Assembly (NCBI GenBank): GCA_965220085.1
Contig: CBDCOZ010000003.1
Coordinates: 768,001 to 832,000 of the forward strand
Direction of reading: 5' to 3'
Length of the DNA: 64,000 bases
Origin: Candidatus Oxydemutatoraceae bacterium
GTDB taxonomy: Bacteria > Pseudomonadota > Gammaproteobacteria > Poriferisulfidales > Oxydemutatoraceae
Below are positions 39,337 through 50,447 of the stretch, one piece after another; the stretch's first letter is position 1; each line of letters opens with the position of its first letter. Position numbers and translations under genes: made by a program. The notes beneath the pieces were generated by a model. That model did not search any database and had not been told where the DNA came from. It was given only the letters and a program-made list of their open reading frames with translations.

Positions 39337-40176
39337 TTAATCGGATGCGTTTTCATGAGGCTCATCGTAGACGATATTTTGGTGGTTGTTGAAGACGAGA
39401 AACGATTGGCCTTTGGCGCGGGCGATCATCGTGACATTTAAGCTCTGTGCCAGCTCAACCCCCATTTGTGTGGCGCCGGAGCGCGACAGCAGCATCGGTA
39501 TTTCCATCTGCGCGCATTTCATGACCATCTCCGAGGTGAGACGCCCGGTGGTATAAAAAATTTTGTCGTGACCGCTCGTGTCATTGAGCCACATCATGCC
39601 GGCGATGGCGTCCGCCGCGTTGTGTCGCCCGACATCTTCGACAAAGATCAGAATGTCGCTGCCGTGGCAGAGGGCGCAACCGTGAACCGCTCCGGCTTCC
39701 CGATAAATTTCATTGCGTTGCGCGACATTGCGCAGTAACGCGTATATCTGCGAGCGTTTTAACTTCATGTCCGGCAGGCGATGGTCGTACAGTTTGTCCA
39801 GCGTGCAACTGAATACGGTGCCTTGTCCGCAGCCGCTGGTGATGATATGGCCTTTGGTTTTTTCTTCCCAGTCCGAGGCGGAGGCATATTCCGCGGCGAG
39901 GGCGATGGTGACCAGTTCTTTGTCCCAATCTGTTTCAATGGAGGCGATGGCATCTATGCTCTCAATCAGGCGCTGGTTGCGCAAGTAACCGAGAGCCAGT
40001 TCTTCCGGATAGTTGCCGAGCGTCATCAGGGTTACGAGTTCCTTGCCGTCGACGACGATTGTCAGCGGCGATTCGCCGGCGATGCGCACTGTTTGCGCGG
40101 CGTTGCGGTGGTCGCGCACTTCGGCTTCAAAGGTCGGGCTCAGTCGCGCGCGGCTGATATGCGGTTTCGCGCTCAT
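39337..40176 (-). CDS. fdhD: Formate dehydrogenase accessory sulfurtransferase
   Basis: TSGCGQG, GAVHGCAL, EDVGRHNAADA, TTGRLTSEMV. Confidence 0.92.
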   Translation of the reverse strand: MSAKPHISRARLSPTFEAEVRDHRNAAQTVRIAGESPLTIVVDGKELVTLMTLGNYPEELALGYLRNQRLIESIDAIASIETDWDKELVTIALAAEYASASDWEEKTKGHIITSGCGQGTVFSCTLDKLYDHRLPDMKLKRSQIYALLRNVAQRNEIYREAGAVHGCALCHGSDILIFVEDVGRHNAADAIAGMMWLNDTSGHDKIFYTTGRLTSEMVMKCAQMEIPMLLSRSGATQMGVELAQSLNVTMIARAKGQSFLVFNNHQNIVYDEPHENASD

Positions 40177-42677
40177 TTGTATTCGGCGCCGCGGTCGGCG
40201 ATGTTATGCCGCGGCGCGCCGGCTATCGGTTTGAACATGATCAGCAGCGACGGCAAGAGGCTCAGCGATGCGAGCAATGCCATCAGCATGGCGATGCCGG
40301 TGAGCAGTCCGAAGTAGATTGTCGGGATGAAGTTTGACAGCGTCAGTATGGAGAAGCCGAGAATGATGGTCATGGATGTGTAATACATCGCTTTGCCGAT
40401 GCTTCTGTGGCAACGGTCGATGGCGGCAAAGCAGTCGCGGTCTTTTGCAAACTCGCGCTTGAAGCGGATGATGTAGTGGATCGTGTTATCAACCGCAATC
40501 CCGATGCTGATGGCGGCGATGGTGATGGTCATCATATCAAGCGGTATCCCGCGCCACCCCATAAAGCCGAGCATCAAAGAGGCTGCCAGAGCGTTGGGAA
40601 AGATGGCGATGGCGGCGAGAGACAGCGATCGGAATAAGATGGCGAACATCGTCAGGATTGCCAGAAAGACGATGCCTATTGTCAGAATCTGCGAGGTGTA
40701 CAGGCTCTGTAACATGTTGTTGTAGAGCACGAGCAAACCGGTGGTTTGAAACTCTTCGTCTTGGTATCCGAGTTCGCGCATGCCGTTGTTAACGCGCTCG
40801 ATCAATTCGGCTCGTTTGAGCTCTTTGTCGGAATCAATGACACGCATGTTGATGCGGACTTCGTTGCCGTCATCCGATATGAAAGGATCATAGAGGATGG
40901 GTTTGGTGTCATCGCTTAGCATGCGTCCGAGAAGCGGGGTTTCCAGATCGCTCAACGGTTTGTCATTATTCAGCATTTCGGCCAGCCGGACGAGGGTTGC
41001 GAGCGACATGACTTTTCCGATCTCAGGCTGTTGATCGAGAAAATCGTGGATGTGTTTTAGTTTTTCAAGGTTGATGGGGCTCAGCCAGTAGCTGGCCGTC
41101 GCCGAGGCGTCGTCAAGGTATTGCTCAAATATGTCTTCCTCTTCAAACGCGCCGCTTTCCGCCGGCTCCGGCTCGGCCTTGGCTCTGACGATGATATCAA
41201 GCGGGGTCGTGCCTCCTAACTTGCGGTCTATCTCCAGCATGCCTTGGTGTATTTCGGTGTCTTCATGGAAGTAGTCGATAAAGCGGTTTTCAACCTCAAG
41301 CTTTGATATGCCGACGGCGCTGGCGGCGAGCAGCGCGAGGCCGAGGAGGAAGATGGCGCGGTAGCGCCGCTGCGTGATGCGGGCGAATCCCATCGTGATT
41401 TTGGCGGTGAAGTCATTTGCCGACGCGCTCGTGTGTTTTGGCAGGATGCTCAGAAAAGCCGGAAAGAGGGTAAATACCGCGACAAACGCGAACACGATTC
41501 CGAGCGTCATGATGTGGCCGAAATCAATGACCGGCCGAATGTTGCTGACCACCAAAGAAGCAAAAGCGACGATCGTGGTCAGTGACGTGTAGATGCACGG
41601 CTTAAACATAAACCGCATCGTTTGACTGAGCAACTCGCGGGTCGGGGTGTCGGGGTTGATTGCCTGAGATTCGCGGAAGCGCACACACAGGTGAATGGTC
41701 ATGGACATGGTGATGATCAAGAGCAGCGCGACAAAGTTTGATGACACCACCGTCACATGCCAGTCGAGGAGGCCCAGCAGGCCGATCATCGCGAGTACCG
41801 TCACAGAGCAACACAGGATGGGCAGCGCAACCCAGCGGACGCTGCGAAATATCACGGTCAAAACCAGAATCAGGAATAACATGACGGCTGTTCCGAATAC
41901 GACGAGGTCGTTTTCAATCATGTCCAGCATATCGGAAACGATCATCGGCGCGCCCCCCAGAAAGACTCCGGCATCGTCGCGGTAATGGTTCATGACATCG
42001 CGAATGTCTTTTATGATGCGTTGCTGGTTGCCGGAGAAAACACTGTGATAGTCTCGAAATTCCGCAGAGATCCTCTCAAGTTCGCCAAGGCCGTTTTGAT
42101 CAAGTTGTCCGGCGTGTTTCTGTGTCCGCAACGCTTCCCGTTGTTGCAGGAGGGCGTCGTAATGCGGGTCGCCTTTTAAGTAGACCAAGAGCATGGTTGT
42201 CTTGGCATCGGCGCTGAGGAACAAATCCTTGTAGAGGGGACTCGTGAGGAACTCGCGGCGCGCGAGCGACAGATCCGTGTCGGGCATCGCCAAGGTGCGC
42301 GGCTCGCCCGCGAGTTTGATTCGCGGACTGTCTGCCAACGGCAAGTCCAGAATGGATAATACTTCTTGTACGCCGTCTGCCTCGCCGAGCGAGCGCTTTA
42401 GGTCGCGCAGTTTGGCGAGACTTTCATGCGAAAACAGTTCGCTGCCGGGCGTCCATGTCAGCGCCAGAAACTCATCCACTCCGTAGCGCCGGTTGGTGTC
42501 GCGAAAGAATTTCAAATCGGCGTCGTTTTCAAGCACCAACGCATCCGCCGAAGCGTCCAGCCGGAAGTGGTGCGCTTGGGAGGCGAAACCGATGATGACC
42601 GCGAGCAGCACCGCTAACGCCGCCCGCGGGCGGTCGAGTACGATGGCTTCATAGCATGTCCGGAGGCGGTCTTTCAC
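40173..42677 (-). CDS. MMPL/RND-family transporter
   Basis: Duplicated 1+5 TM architecture; GIAVDNTIH; LGGTTPLDII. Confidence 0.87.
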   Translation of the reverse strand: MKDRLRTCYEAIVLDRPRAALAVLLAVIIGFASQAHHFRLDASADALVLENDADLKFFRDTNRRYGVDEFLALTWTPGSELFSHESLAKLRDLKRSLGEADGVQEVLSILDLPLADSPRIKLAGEPRTLAMPDTDLSLARREFLTSPLYKDLFLSADAKTTMLLVYLKGDPHYDALLQQREALRTQKHAGQLDQNGLGELERISAEFRDYHSVFSGNQQRIIKDIRDVMNHYRDDAGVFLGGAPMIVSDMLDMIENDLVVFGTAVMLFLILVLTVIFRSVRWVALPILCCSVTVLAMIGLLGLLDWHVTVVSSNFVALLLIITMSMTIHLCVRFRESQAINPDTPTRELLSQTMRFMFKPCIYTSLTTIVAFASLVVSNIRPVIDFGHIMTLGIVFAFVAVFTLFPAFLSILPKHTSASANDFTAKITMGFARITQRRYRAIFLLGLALLAASAVGISKLEVENRFIDYFHEDTEIHQGMLEIDRKLGGTTPLDIIVRAKAEPEPAESGAFEEEDIFEQYLDDASATASYWLSPINLEKLKHIHDFLDQQPEIGKVMSLATLVRLAEMLNNDKPLSDLETPLLGRMLSDDTKPILYDPFISDDGNEVRINMRVIDSDKELKRAELIERVNNGMRELGYQDEEFQTTGLLVLYNNMLQSLYTSQILTIGIVFLAILTMFAILFRSLSLAAIAIFPNALAASLMLGFMGWRGIPLDMMTITIAAISIGIAVDNTIHYIIRFKREFAKDRDCFAAIDRCHRSIGKAMYYTSMTIILGFSILTLSNFIPTIYFGLLTGIAMLMALLASLSLLPSLLIMFKPIAGAPRHNIADRGAEYK

Positions 42678-43951
42678 TCTGCTTCGGCGGGCTTGTTTAT
42701 GTCGGGTATGATTCTCACCATCTTGATCGCATTGTGATGGGTTTTTATTATCTCAAAACGGTAGCCTTCCGCGACCGCGCACGTCGGGTTGTCGGGAATC
42801 ATCTCAAGGGTTTCCAGCAACACGCCGTTGACGGTCTTGGGGCCGCTTTCGTTCAGCTTCCACCCCAAAGCCTGATTGAGCTCTCTGATGTGGCAACTGC
42901 CGTCGACGAGCACGCTGCCGTCCGCTTGATAGGTGACTCCGATATCGTAAGTGCTCGGGTCTTTTGTGAACTCTCCGACGATCTCTTCCAGCAAATCCTC
43001 CATCGTGACCAGCCCTTGGACCGTTCCGTATTCGTCCACCACCAAGGCGGTGTTGCGTTTGTGTTGCTTAAAGTCTCGCAGCGCGTCTATCAGGCGCGTG
43101 TGTTCGGATACAAAATAAGGTTCGCGCACGTGCTCTTCGATCGCGCGGACATCAAAGGTGTCGTCATAACCGGCTTGTAAGATTTGTCGGGCGTGCAATA
43201 TGCCGACGATGGAATCGATGGTTCCGCGAAATACCGGCATCCGCGTGTAGGTGGTGTGATGGAGATCGTCTTCAATTTCGCTAAATGACAGATTGAGGTC
43301 GATACCCGATATCTCGTTGCGCGGGACCATAATGTCCTCGACCGTTTTCCGTTCCAAGTCGAGCACGCCGACCAGCATGCCGCGATAGTTATACGGGATG
43401 CGTTTTTCCGATACCGCGAGTACGGTGCGCAGTTCTTCGCGATTGAGAGAATCCAGTGTCGGGGCTTTGTCGCTGATGCCGAGCATTTTGAACAGCGACT
43501 TGATGATTAAATCGGCAAGCCAGGTGAAGGGGTAGAGCGGTATCCGCAGCAGGGAATAGACGAAGCCCGCGGGCAACGCCACTTTTTGCGCATGGACGGT
43601 GGCGAAGGTCTTCGGAGCCAACTCGGCAAACATGAGGAGCATGAAAGTCAGTATCGCCGTGGCGATGACGATTCCGATCTCTCCGTGCAGACGGTAGCCG
43701 ATATACGCCACCAGTTGGGCAATCAGAATATTGACAAGATTATTTCCGAACAAGATGACCGCGATCAGTTGGTCGGGATTCTCCAGCAACTTGATCGTGC
43801 GTTTTGCATTGCGGTGCCCGTTAGCGGCAAGGTGCGCAAGACGATAGCGGTTGACTCTCATCAGCGCGGTTTCCGAACCGGAAAAGAATGCCGATAAGAC
43901 GAAGAGCAGGACAAGAGCGATGAAGTATGTATGCAAAGGAATTTCTTCCAC
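42674..43951 (-). CDS. HlyC/CorC (CNNM) family CBS-domain protein
   Basis: FFSGSETA, ELAPKT, VEDIMVPR, VVDEYG, EDLLEEIVGE. Confidence 0.9.
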   Translation of the reverse strand: MEEIPLHTYFIALVLLFVLSAFFSGSETALMRVNRYRLAHLAANGHRNAKRTIKLLENPDQLIAVILFGNNLVNILIAQLVAYIGYRLHGEIGIVIATAILTFMLLMFAELAPKTFATVHAQKVALPAGFVYSLLRIPLYPFTWLADLIIKSLFKMLGISDKAPTLDSLNREELRTVLAVSEKRIPYNYRGMLVGVLDLERKTVEDIMVPRNEISGIDLNLSFSEIEDDLHHTTYTRMPVFRGTIDSIVGILHARQILQAGYDDTFDVRAIEEHVREPYFVSEHTRLIDALRDFKQHKRNTALVVDEYGTVQGLVTMEDLLEEIVGEFTKDPSTYDIGVTYQADGSVLVDGSCHIRELNQALGWKLNESGPKTVNGVLLETLEMIPDNPTCAVAEGYRFEIIKTHHNAIKMVRIIPDINKPAEAE

Positions 43952-43954
43952 GTT

Positions 43955-44758
43955 TTATGCTCGGTGCAGAATCAACTCTAAGACGAACTTGCTGCCAAGG
44001 TAAGCAAGCAGCAGAAGCACAATACCCGATAATATGGTTTTCCACAAACTTCTGCCGCGCCAGCCGAATAACAGCCGGCCTGTGAGTACGGCAAAAAAGA
44101 GCAGCCAGGCGATCGCCGACAGCGTTGTTTTGTGCACCAGATGTTGCGCAAAAAGGTTTTCGTGGACTATCCAGCCGCTGACCAGACTGGCGGTCAGCAA
44201 CAGTATGCCGACGATGAGCAGGTCCAACAGAAAACTTTCCATGGCATCCAGCGACGGCAGCGCGGCGAGGATTCCCGGCAGGGACGAATTCCGCAGGCGC
44301 TTGTCTTGCATATAAATGGCAATCGTTTGAATCCCCGCCAGATTCAGAAAGCTATAAGCCAGAAACGAGGAGATGATGTGTATTTGCACGCCCGCGGCAG
44401 CCGTGTCGCGCACGATGATGTTGCCGCTTACATTCATAGAGTCAAGCAGGATGACGAAGATCGTAATCGGCAGAACGATGAGCCCGAGGACCGCGAGGGG
44501 ACGGCGGATGCAAGACAGGAGAAGCGTGAGCGATATGAGCAGCATGGACAATGAGGCCGCCTTGAAGAAGGACAAGTCTATGCCGGAGTTGTCGCCAAAC
44601 AGCAAGTTCAGGTTTATCGCATGGAAAAAAATTGCGATGGCCCAGAAGGCAATCACAGGGCGGCTCAATTCTCCTTTCTTGTTGCGGCTTCTTGCCCATA
44701 ACAACAGGGCTGCGAACAGGTACAAGGAGACGGAAATGAAGGCTGAGACAAGTGTCAT
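43955..44758 (-). CDS. YpjD/CcsA-like inner membrane protein
   Basis: Multiple TM helices; LFAQHLVHKTTLS; GWRG; LAYLGSKFVLE. Confidence 0.85.
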   Translation of the reverse strand: MTLVSAFISVSLYLFAALLLWARSRNKKGELSRPVIAFWAIAIFFHAINLNLLFGDNSGIDLSFFKAASLSMLLISLTLLLSCIRRPLAVLGLIVLPITIFVILLDSMNVSGNIIVRDTAAAGVQIHIISSFLAYSFLNLAGIQTIAIYMQDKRLRNSSLPGILAALPSLDAMESFLLDLLIVGILLLTASLVSGWIVHENLFAQHLVHKTTLSAIAWLLFFAVLTGRLLFGWRGRSLWKTILSGIVLLLLAYLGSKFVLELILHRA

Positions 44759-44921
44759 ACGGGACTCTTTGATGCGTTAGTTTAGTTGTCGCACTGGCGG
44801 ACATTATAACCGATAGCCATATTGCCGCCGGCCCTGCGGGCTTGTTTCTTGTTGTAAAGGCGCATGTTTGTTCCTGTGTATTGTGGTAATATACGGGTCG
44901 CAATATTCATGGAGTCAGCAT

Positions 44922-45263
44922 ATGTCAGAAGCGCAAAATTTGATTTTTACCGATGCGGCGGCTGAAAAAGTAAAAAAGCTGGTCGCGGAGGAAGAGAATG
45001 ACAACCTTAAATTGCGTGTGTTTATCAGCGGCGGCGGTTGCGCCGGTTTCCAATACGGTTTCACTTTTGATGAAACGGTTCAGGATGGCGATACCACGAT
45101 TGAGAAAGGCGGGGTAGTCCTGTTAGTCGATCCGATGAGCATACAATATTTGAGGGGAGCCGAGATAGATTACACAGAAGGTCTGGAAGGAGCCCAGTTC
45201 ATTATCCGCAACCCGAATGCGGTTACGACTTGCGGGTGCGGTTCTTCGTTCTCGCCGGCTTGA
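44922..45263 (+). CDS. erpA: Fe-S cluster insertion protein ErpA
   Basis: [25 protein letters not shown]. Confidence 0.95.
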   Translation: MSEAQNLIFTDAAAEKVKKLVAEEENDNLKLRVFISGGGCAGFQYGFTFDETVQDGDTTIEKGGVVLLVDPMSIQYLRGAEIDYTEGLEGAQFIIRNPNAVTTCGCGSSFSPA

Positions 45264-45294
45264 ACCATCCCGCAATCAAGATGTCACGGACAGC

Positions 45295-46395
45295 TTAGCG
45301 GGCGGGAGCATAGATCGCTCCCAGTATCGCGGCTTTGCGAGCGCCGGTCGCGGTTGTCATCGCCCCCGGCTTGGCGTCTAAGCGACGTTGCGCCAGCCAG
45401 GCGAAAGTGAGCGCTTCAACATGCATGGGATTGATTCCCTCATCCAGAGTTGTTTTGGTTTCCATGTCGGTATGTTTGCCGATGTTATCGATGAGGCGGC
45501 GATTGTATGCGCCGCCCCCGCAGATGAGTATCGTGCGCGTATCCGGAGCGTAGTCGCGTATCGCTTGTGCGATGCATTGGGCGCTCAGTTCGGATAATGT
45601 CGCTTGTACGCTGGCCGGCTCATATTTGTCCGCCAAGCGCTGTTGCAGCCAGCCCAAGTCAAACTGACCGGCGCAAGCGCTTTTTGGCGGCGGCAAAGAA
45701 AAATACGGTTCGTCCGACAGTCTTTTGAGCAGCGTTCGGTCGGCCTGCGCCGACGCCGCCCACTGTCCTCCGTCATCAAATGCTTTGCGCAGGTGCCGTC
45801 TCGCCCACAGATCCATCAGGCAGTTACCCGGGCCGACATCAAAGCCGGCGGTCACACGGCCTTGCTCCGACAGGACGGTGATATTTGCAATGCCCCCGAT
45901 GTTGACGACGGCTTTGGCGTGTCCGGGTTCGCCGAATGCCAACTCGTGAAACGAGGGGGTCAGCGGCGCGCCTTGTCCGCCGTAGGCCATATCGGCGCGC
46001 CTGAAGTCGGCTATCGTGACCAGATTGGTTTCGGCCGCAACGATATTCGGGTTGCCGATTTGAATCGTGGACGGATAGGCATCCGCCGGATTGTGTAACA
46101 CGGTTTGCCCGTGCAGTCCGAGCGCTTTTATTTCATCGCTCGGCAGACCGCGGTCTTTGACAAAGGCATTGATGCTGTCGGCAAAGGTTTGTGCGAAGAG
46201 ATAATCCAACTGCGCGAACTGTTTCAGTGTTTGCATCCCGCCTTGCGCCGCTCTGACTTCTTGTGCGAGTTGCGGTTTGATCGGATAACTGGCAAACGCC
46301 AGCACGGCGATTTGATTGTCTTTGAAGTCGGCCGCTATGACATCCGCCGCATCGATGCTGGTCCCAGACAATGCGCCGAGATACATGTCAGTCAT
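45295..46395 (-). CDS. anmK: Anhydro-N-acetylmuramic acid kinase
   Basis: SGTSIDA, HGQTV, DFRRADMAYGGQGAPL, NIGGIAN, FDVGPGN. Confidence 0.95.
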   Translation of the reverse strand: MTDMYLGALSGTSIDAADVIAADFKDNQIAVLAFASYPIKPQLAQEVRAAQGGMQTLKQFAQLDYLFAQTFADSINAFVKDRGLPSDEIKALGLHGQTVLHNPADAYPSTIQIGNPNIVAAETNLVTIADFRRADMAYGGQGAPLTPSFHELAFGEPGHAKAVVNIGGIANITVLSEQGRVTAGFDVGPGNCLMDLWARRHLRKAFDDGGQWAASAQADRTLLKRLSDEPYFSLPPPKSACAGQFDLGWLQQRLADKYEPASVQATLSELSAQCIAQAIRDYAPDTRTILICGGGAYNRRLIDNIGKHTDMETKTTLDEGINPMHVEALTFAWLAQRRLDAKPGAMTTATGARKAAILGAIYAPAR

Positions 46396-47780
46396 TGCCG
46401 CCGCCGGTTTGAATCGCCGTCATCCATCGCCGCCAAATGCGCTTGGTTTACTATGTCGATCCGGGCAAGCAACGGCGCGGTCGTTTCCCGGAAACGTTTC
46501 AGTTCCGCTTTGGGCAAGGGTTTGGCATTGGGCAGTTTGACCTTGACCGGGTCTTTGTGGGTTCCGTTGACCTGTAGTTCGTAGTGCAGATGGGGGCCGG
46601 TAGACAAGCCGGTCGAGCCCACATATCCGATGACCTGTCCTTGTTTGACAAATGATCCGACGCGTTGCTTTTTTGCAAATTTTGACAGGTGGGCATAGAG
46701 CGTTTTGTAATTGCCGCCGTGGCGCACGATGACCGTATTGCCGTATCCTCCGCTGCGCCCGCGGAAAATTATTTTGCCGTCGCCGGTCGTATGTACCGGC
46801 GTGCCGCGCTTGGCCGCATAGTCGACTCCCTTGTGCGCGCGAACGGTATGCAGAATCGGGTGGCGTCGTCTCGGATTAAAGTGAGAGCTGATGTATGCGA
46901 AGTTAAGCGGGCTGCGCAGGAAGGCTTTGCGAACATTTTTGCCGTCCGCGAAGTAATATCCCTCTTTGCCTTTGGAGTCGGCATAGCGCGCGATGCGGTA
47001 ATCTTTTTTGCCGTTGCGAAAATGCAGCGCTACGATGTCTCCGTCGCGAATTTTCTTGCCTTCTATGTATTCCTCCTCGTACAGCAGAACAAAGTAGTCG
47101 TTGAGGCGAATGTCGCGCGCAAAGTCTATGTCCCACCCCAGAATGGCCGCCATCTCAACGATGATCTTGTCCGGTATGTTGGCGCTTTCCGCCGCCAAAT
47201 AAAGGGAATTCTTGATCGTGCCCGATGCGTATGCCAGACTTTTCTCTGCCGCGAGAGTGTGCTCTTGAAAGTCCAGAGTTTTGTCATCCAGGCGCGAGAT
47301 AACGATGCGTTCGGTCGGGGACGGCTGATAGATCAACTTTTCCAGCGCATCGTTATTGACCGAGAACGTGATCGGTTTGCCCGCGCGCAACGCGCTGATC
47401 TTTTTCAGGTTCTGTTTGTCCAGCGCAAGCAGATACCTGAGTTCATGCGACAGGCCGTGGTGTTCTATAATTTCCGACAAAGTATCTCCCGCTTTGACGG
47501 TGTATCGATAGGTCTGCAGATGTTCGTCTTCCGCCGCCGAAGGGCGGTTGTTTGTCACCGAATCGTCCGCTCGGTGTGGCCGGATAGCGTCATCGGGCGG
47601 AGGCGTATCGTTTGCCGGGTACTTGTAAATTCCCGCCGTGTGAGCGGGCGGGAGTTGCATGGCATTGGTGGAAATGATGAAGGTCGCTGTCAGCGTAAGC
47701 AAAACGATGCTGATCGAGAATCGCAACCGGTTACGAACCAGGTTGCGGGCTTTGTCGCTCGGTAGAGTATAATTTTTCAT
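46392..47780 (-). CDS. M23-family peptidoglycan DD-endopeptidase (MepM-like)
   Basis: LysM-like VKAGDTLS; HKGVDY; TGPHLHYE; tyrS-M23-anmK synteny. Confidence 0.9.
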   Translation of the reverse strand: MKNYTLPSDKARNLVRNRLRFSISIVLLTLTATFIISTNAMQLPPAHTAGIYKYPANDTPPPDDAIRPHRADDSVTNNRPSAAEDEHLQTYRYTVKAGDTLSEIIEHHGLSHELRYLLALDKQNLKKISALRAGKPITFSVNNDALEKLIYQPSPTERIVISRLDDKTLDFQEHTLAAEKSLAYASGTIKNSLYLAAESANIPDKIIVEMAAILGWDIDFARDIRLNDYFVLLYEEEYIEGKKIRDGDIVALHFRNGKKDYRIARYADSKGKEGYYFADGKNVRKAFLRSPLNFAYISSHFNPRRRHPILHTVRAHKGVDYAAKRGTPVHTTGDGKIIFRGRSGGYGNTVIVRHGGNYKTLYAHLSKFAKKQRVGSFVKQGQVIGYVGSTGLSTGPHLHYELQVNGTHKDPVKVKLPNAKPLPKAELKRFRETTAPLLARIDIVNQAHLAAMDDGDSNRRRQ

Positions 47781-47866
47781 TGGCAGTGCCTGAATCATCC
47801 GAATTGAAAGGTAAAGGTTACTGTTCTTGGTTTTATTGTCAAATAATCATCGACTTCGTTTGTATC

Positions 47867-49060
47867 ATGCTATCCGAATTACTGCGCGGCGCCAAAGAAA
47901 TACTGCACACCGAGGAGCTCGAGCGGCAACTGGATTCGGGCAAGCGGCTGGTTGTCAAAGCCGGCTTTGACCCGACCTCGCCGGACTTGCATCTCGGCCA
48001 TTTTGTCGTGTTGAACAAACTGCGCTTGTTTCAGGACCTGGGACACAGCGTCAAGTTTGTGGTCGGCGACTTCACCGGCCTAATCGGCGACCCCAGCGGG
48101 AAGGATGCGACCCGCCCGCCGGTGTCAAAAGAACTCATCGAAAAAAATGCCGCCAGTTATGCCGAGCAGGCCTTTAAGGTTCTGAATCCCGAGGCCACGG
48201 AAATCTGCTTTAATTCCAAGTGGCTCGGCGCGTTGAGCCTGTCCGATGTATTGCGTCTGGCATCCCATCATACGGTTGCGAGAATGTTGGAACGCGATGA
48301 CTTCAGTCAGCGCTATGCCGCCGGGCAGCCGATAGGCATCCACGAATTTTTGTATCCTCTGATGCAAGGTTACGATTCGGTGGTCCTGTCCAGCGATGTG
48401 GAATTGGGCGGCGCCGATCAAAAGTTCAATCTGTTGGTCGGCAGGCATCTGCAAAAAGTTTGGAAGCAAGCGCCGCAGGTAGTGATGATGATGCCGCTGC
48501 TGGTGGGTTTGGACGGCACGCGAAAGATGTCGAAATCGCTGGATAACTGCATCGGCATTACCGAAAGCCCGCAGGCGATGTTTGGCAAGGTCATGTCTGT
48601 GTCGGATGATCTGATGCGGCACTATTTTGACTTGCTGAGCTTTCGCCCGTCATCGGAGCTGGACAGTCTGAAAGAGTCGGTTGCCCAAGGCGCGAACCCT
48701 CGCGATATCAAGATGTTGCTGGCTTCGGAGATCGTGACGCGCTTTTGCGGTGACACCGCGGCGCAAGCGGCGGAGGCCGACTTTGTGGCGCGTTTTAGGC
48801 ACGGGCAAATGCCCGATGACATAGAGTCCGACACCTTGACGATCGAGGATTCCGCCTTGGGCTTGGCAACGCTTCTCAAACTCTCTTCTTTGACCCCTTC
48901 GACTTCGGAAGCTATCAGAATGATCAAGCAAGGCGCGGTTCGGATAGACGGAGAAAAAGTATCGGATATTAAACTGCCGATCAGCGCCGGCAGCGAACAC
49001 ATATTTCAAGTGGGGAAGCGGCGGTTTATGAAGATAAAACTGTTGCGAGGTTCCGATTAA
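47867..49060 (+). CDS. tyrS: Tyrosine--tRNA ligase
   Basis: GFDPTSPDLHLGH, YPLMQGYD, KMSKS, C-terminal S4 domain. Confidence 0.97.
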   Translation: MLSELLRGAKEILHTEELERQLDSGKRLVVKAGFDPTSPDLHLGHFVVLNKLRLFQDLGHSVKFVVGDFTGLIGDPSGKDATRPPVSKELIEKNAASYAEQAFKVLNPEATEICFNSKWLGALSLSDVLRLASHHTVARMLERDDFSQRYAAGQPIGIHEFLYPLMQGYDSVVLSSDVELGGADQKFNLLVGRHLQKVWKQAPQVVMMMPLLVGLDGTRKMSKSLDNCIGITESPQAMFGKVMSVSDDLMRHYFDLLSFRPSSELDSLKESVAQGANPRDIKMLLASEIVTRFCGDTAAQAAEADFVARFRHGQMPDDIESDTLTIEDSALGLATLLKLSSLTPSTSEAIRMIKQGAVRIDGEKVSDIKLPISAGSEHIFQVGKRRFMKIKLLRGSD

Positions 49061-49845
49061 AACCTGCAAAATGTAATTTTGAAGCGAATCGTTTCCTTGA
49101 CTTGCCGGGGGCGCACCGCCAGATCGTCCAGCGCAAAAAAGTGGATGGCGAAGCGCGGCTTGCCGGCGCTGACCTCGGGATATATCCCGTCGTAACCGTC
49201 CAAATCAATCCGCAACATCTGATACTTTTTCTCCGGATTTTCAAACTCTTGCGAGTAGTACCCCGCTTTTGCGGTGAGTTCGATACATTCTCCTCCGCTG
49301 CGCGACAACTCAAGGCAATCGTAGATGCCTTGGCAGAGTTCGGAGAACGGCTGATACCACGCTTGGATATCGCTTACCCGCCGCTCGCGGGGCAATGCAA
49401 ACCATCCTGTCAATATGGGAAGATCAAAACTACAGACCCCGCCCGGGATGCTGATCCTCCGTTTGACCAAATTTAGAAAGTGGTGGTTTTGTCGGTTGAG
49501 AGCGTGCGAAGAGAAATGCTCCATCTCCAATAAGAGTTGTTCTTTTCCGCGGGTTGTCAGGCGCAGGCTTTCCTGATTGACTTGCGGTCTGGAGTCTAAC
49601 TTTTTTAACTGTTCTATTTGCCACCTCAGGTGTTGCATGATCTCGCTTCTTAAATCTATGTTTTTAGTCAGTTCTTCCAACTCTATCAACAAGCGCAAAG
49701 CCTCCAGACAAGCCTCGGCGCTGTCTATCGATTCAATTTTTGCTTCCAGACTGCGCGCCAGATATTCGCAACGCAGAAAATAGCGGATGCGGCTGCTCAA
49801 GGGAAATTCGCAGATTCTAGTCGGTGTTTTTGCTTCCATGTTCAT
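49057..49845 (-). CDS. zapD: Cell division protein ZapD
   Basis: EFPLSSRIRYFLRCE, IPGGVCSFDLP, YPEVSAGK; position after coaE. Confidence 0.88.
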   Translation of the reverse strand: MNMEAKTPTRICEFPLSSRIRYFLRCEYLARSLEAKIESIDSAEACLEALRLLIELEELTKNIDLRSEIMQHLRWQIEQLKKLDSRPQVNQESLRLTTRGKEQLLLEMEHFSSHALNRQNHHFLNLVKRRISIPGGVCSFDLPILTGWFALPRERRVSDIQAWYQPFSELCQGIYDCLELSRSGGECIELTAKAGYYSQEFENPEKKYQMLRIDLDGYDGIYPEVSAGKPRFAIHFFALDDLAVRPRQVKETIRFKITFCRF

Positions 49846-50434
49846 GTGCCGCGCGCATAAGCAGCGCGTGCAACTCGTTTATTCTCTTTTTTAAGTACTC
49901 GGGCCCCCTTATATTATTAACGACTATGTCAGAAACTTCCAACCTTTTGTTTCTGTCCGACTGCGAATTGATGATTTTCATGGCTTCTGCCTCGCCGCAA
50001 CGGTCGCGTTCTGTGATTCGCCGCACCTGTGTTTCGATCGGGCAGTCTATCGTGATGATGCGATCGACCATGTCTTGCATATTCGCTTCCAGCAACAAAG
50101 GCGCTGCGATGACGCAGTAAGGCGCATCTAATAATTCAAGTTCTTTCTCTATCCGTCTGCGTATGGCAGGGTGAAGGATCGCGTTTAATTTCTCTTTGGC
50201 AGAGGCGTCATTAAAGATAAGCCTGCGCATGAAAGGGCGGTTCAGGTTTCCGTCTTGGTCGAGAACCTTGTCGCCGAAGCATTCGACTATGGTATCTAGT
50301 TCGCGACAGCCGCGGCGGGTGATTTGGCGCGAAATCTTATCCGCGTCGATGACCGGAACGCCTATCTTTTCAAAGCATTCGGTTGCTTCGCTCTTTCCGC
50401 AAGCGATACCGCCGGTTAAACCGATTCTTAACAT
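49817..50434 (-). CDS. coaE: Dephospho-CoA kinase
   Basis: IGLTGGIACGKS, IDAD, LNAILHP, PLLLE. Confidence 0.95.
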   Translation of the reverse strand: MLRIGLTGGIACGKSEATECFEKIGVPVIDADKISRQITRRGCRELDTIVECFGDKVLDQDGNLNRPFMRRLIFNDASAKEKLNAILHPAIRRRIEKELELLDAPYCVIAAPLLLEANMQDMVDRIITIDCPIETQVRRITERDRCGEAEAMKIINSQSDRNKRLEVSDIVVNNIRGPEYLKKRINELHALLMRAAHEHGSKNTD

Positions 50435-50447
50435 CTCCTTAACATCT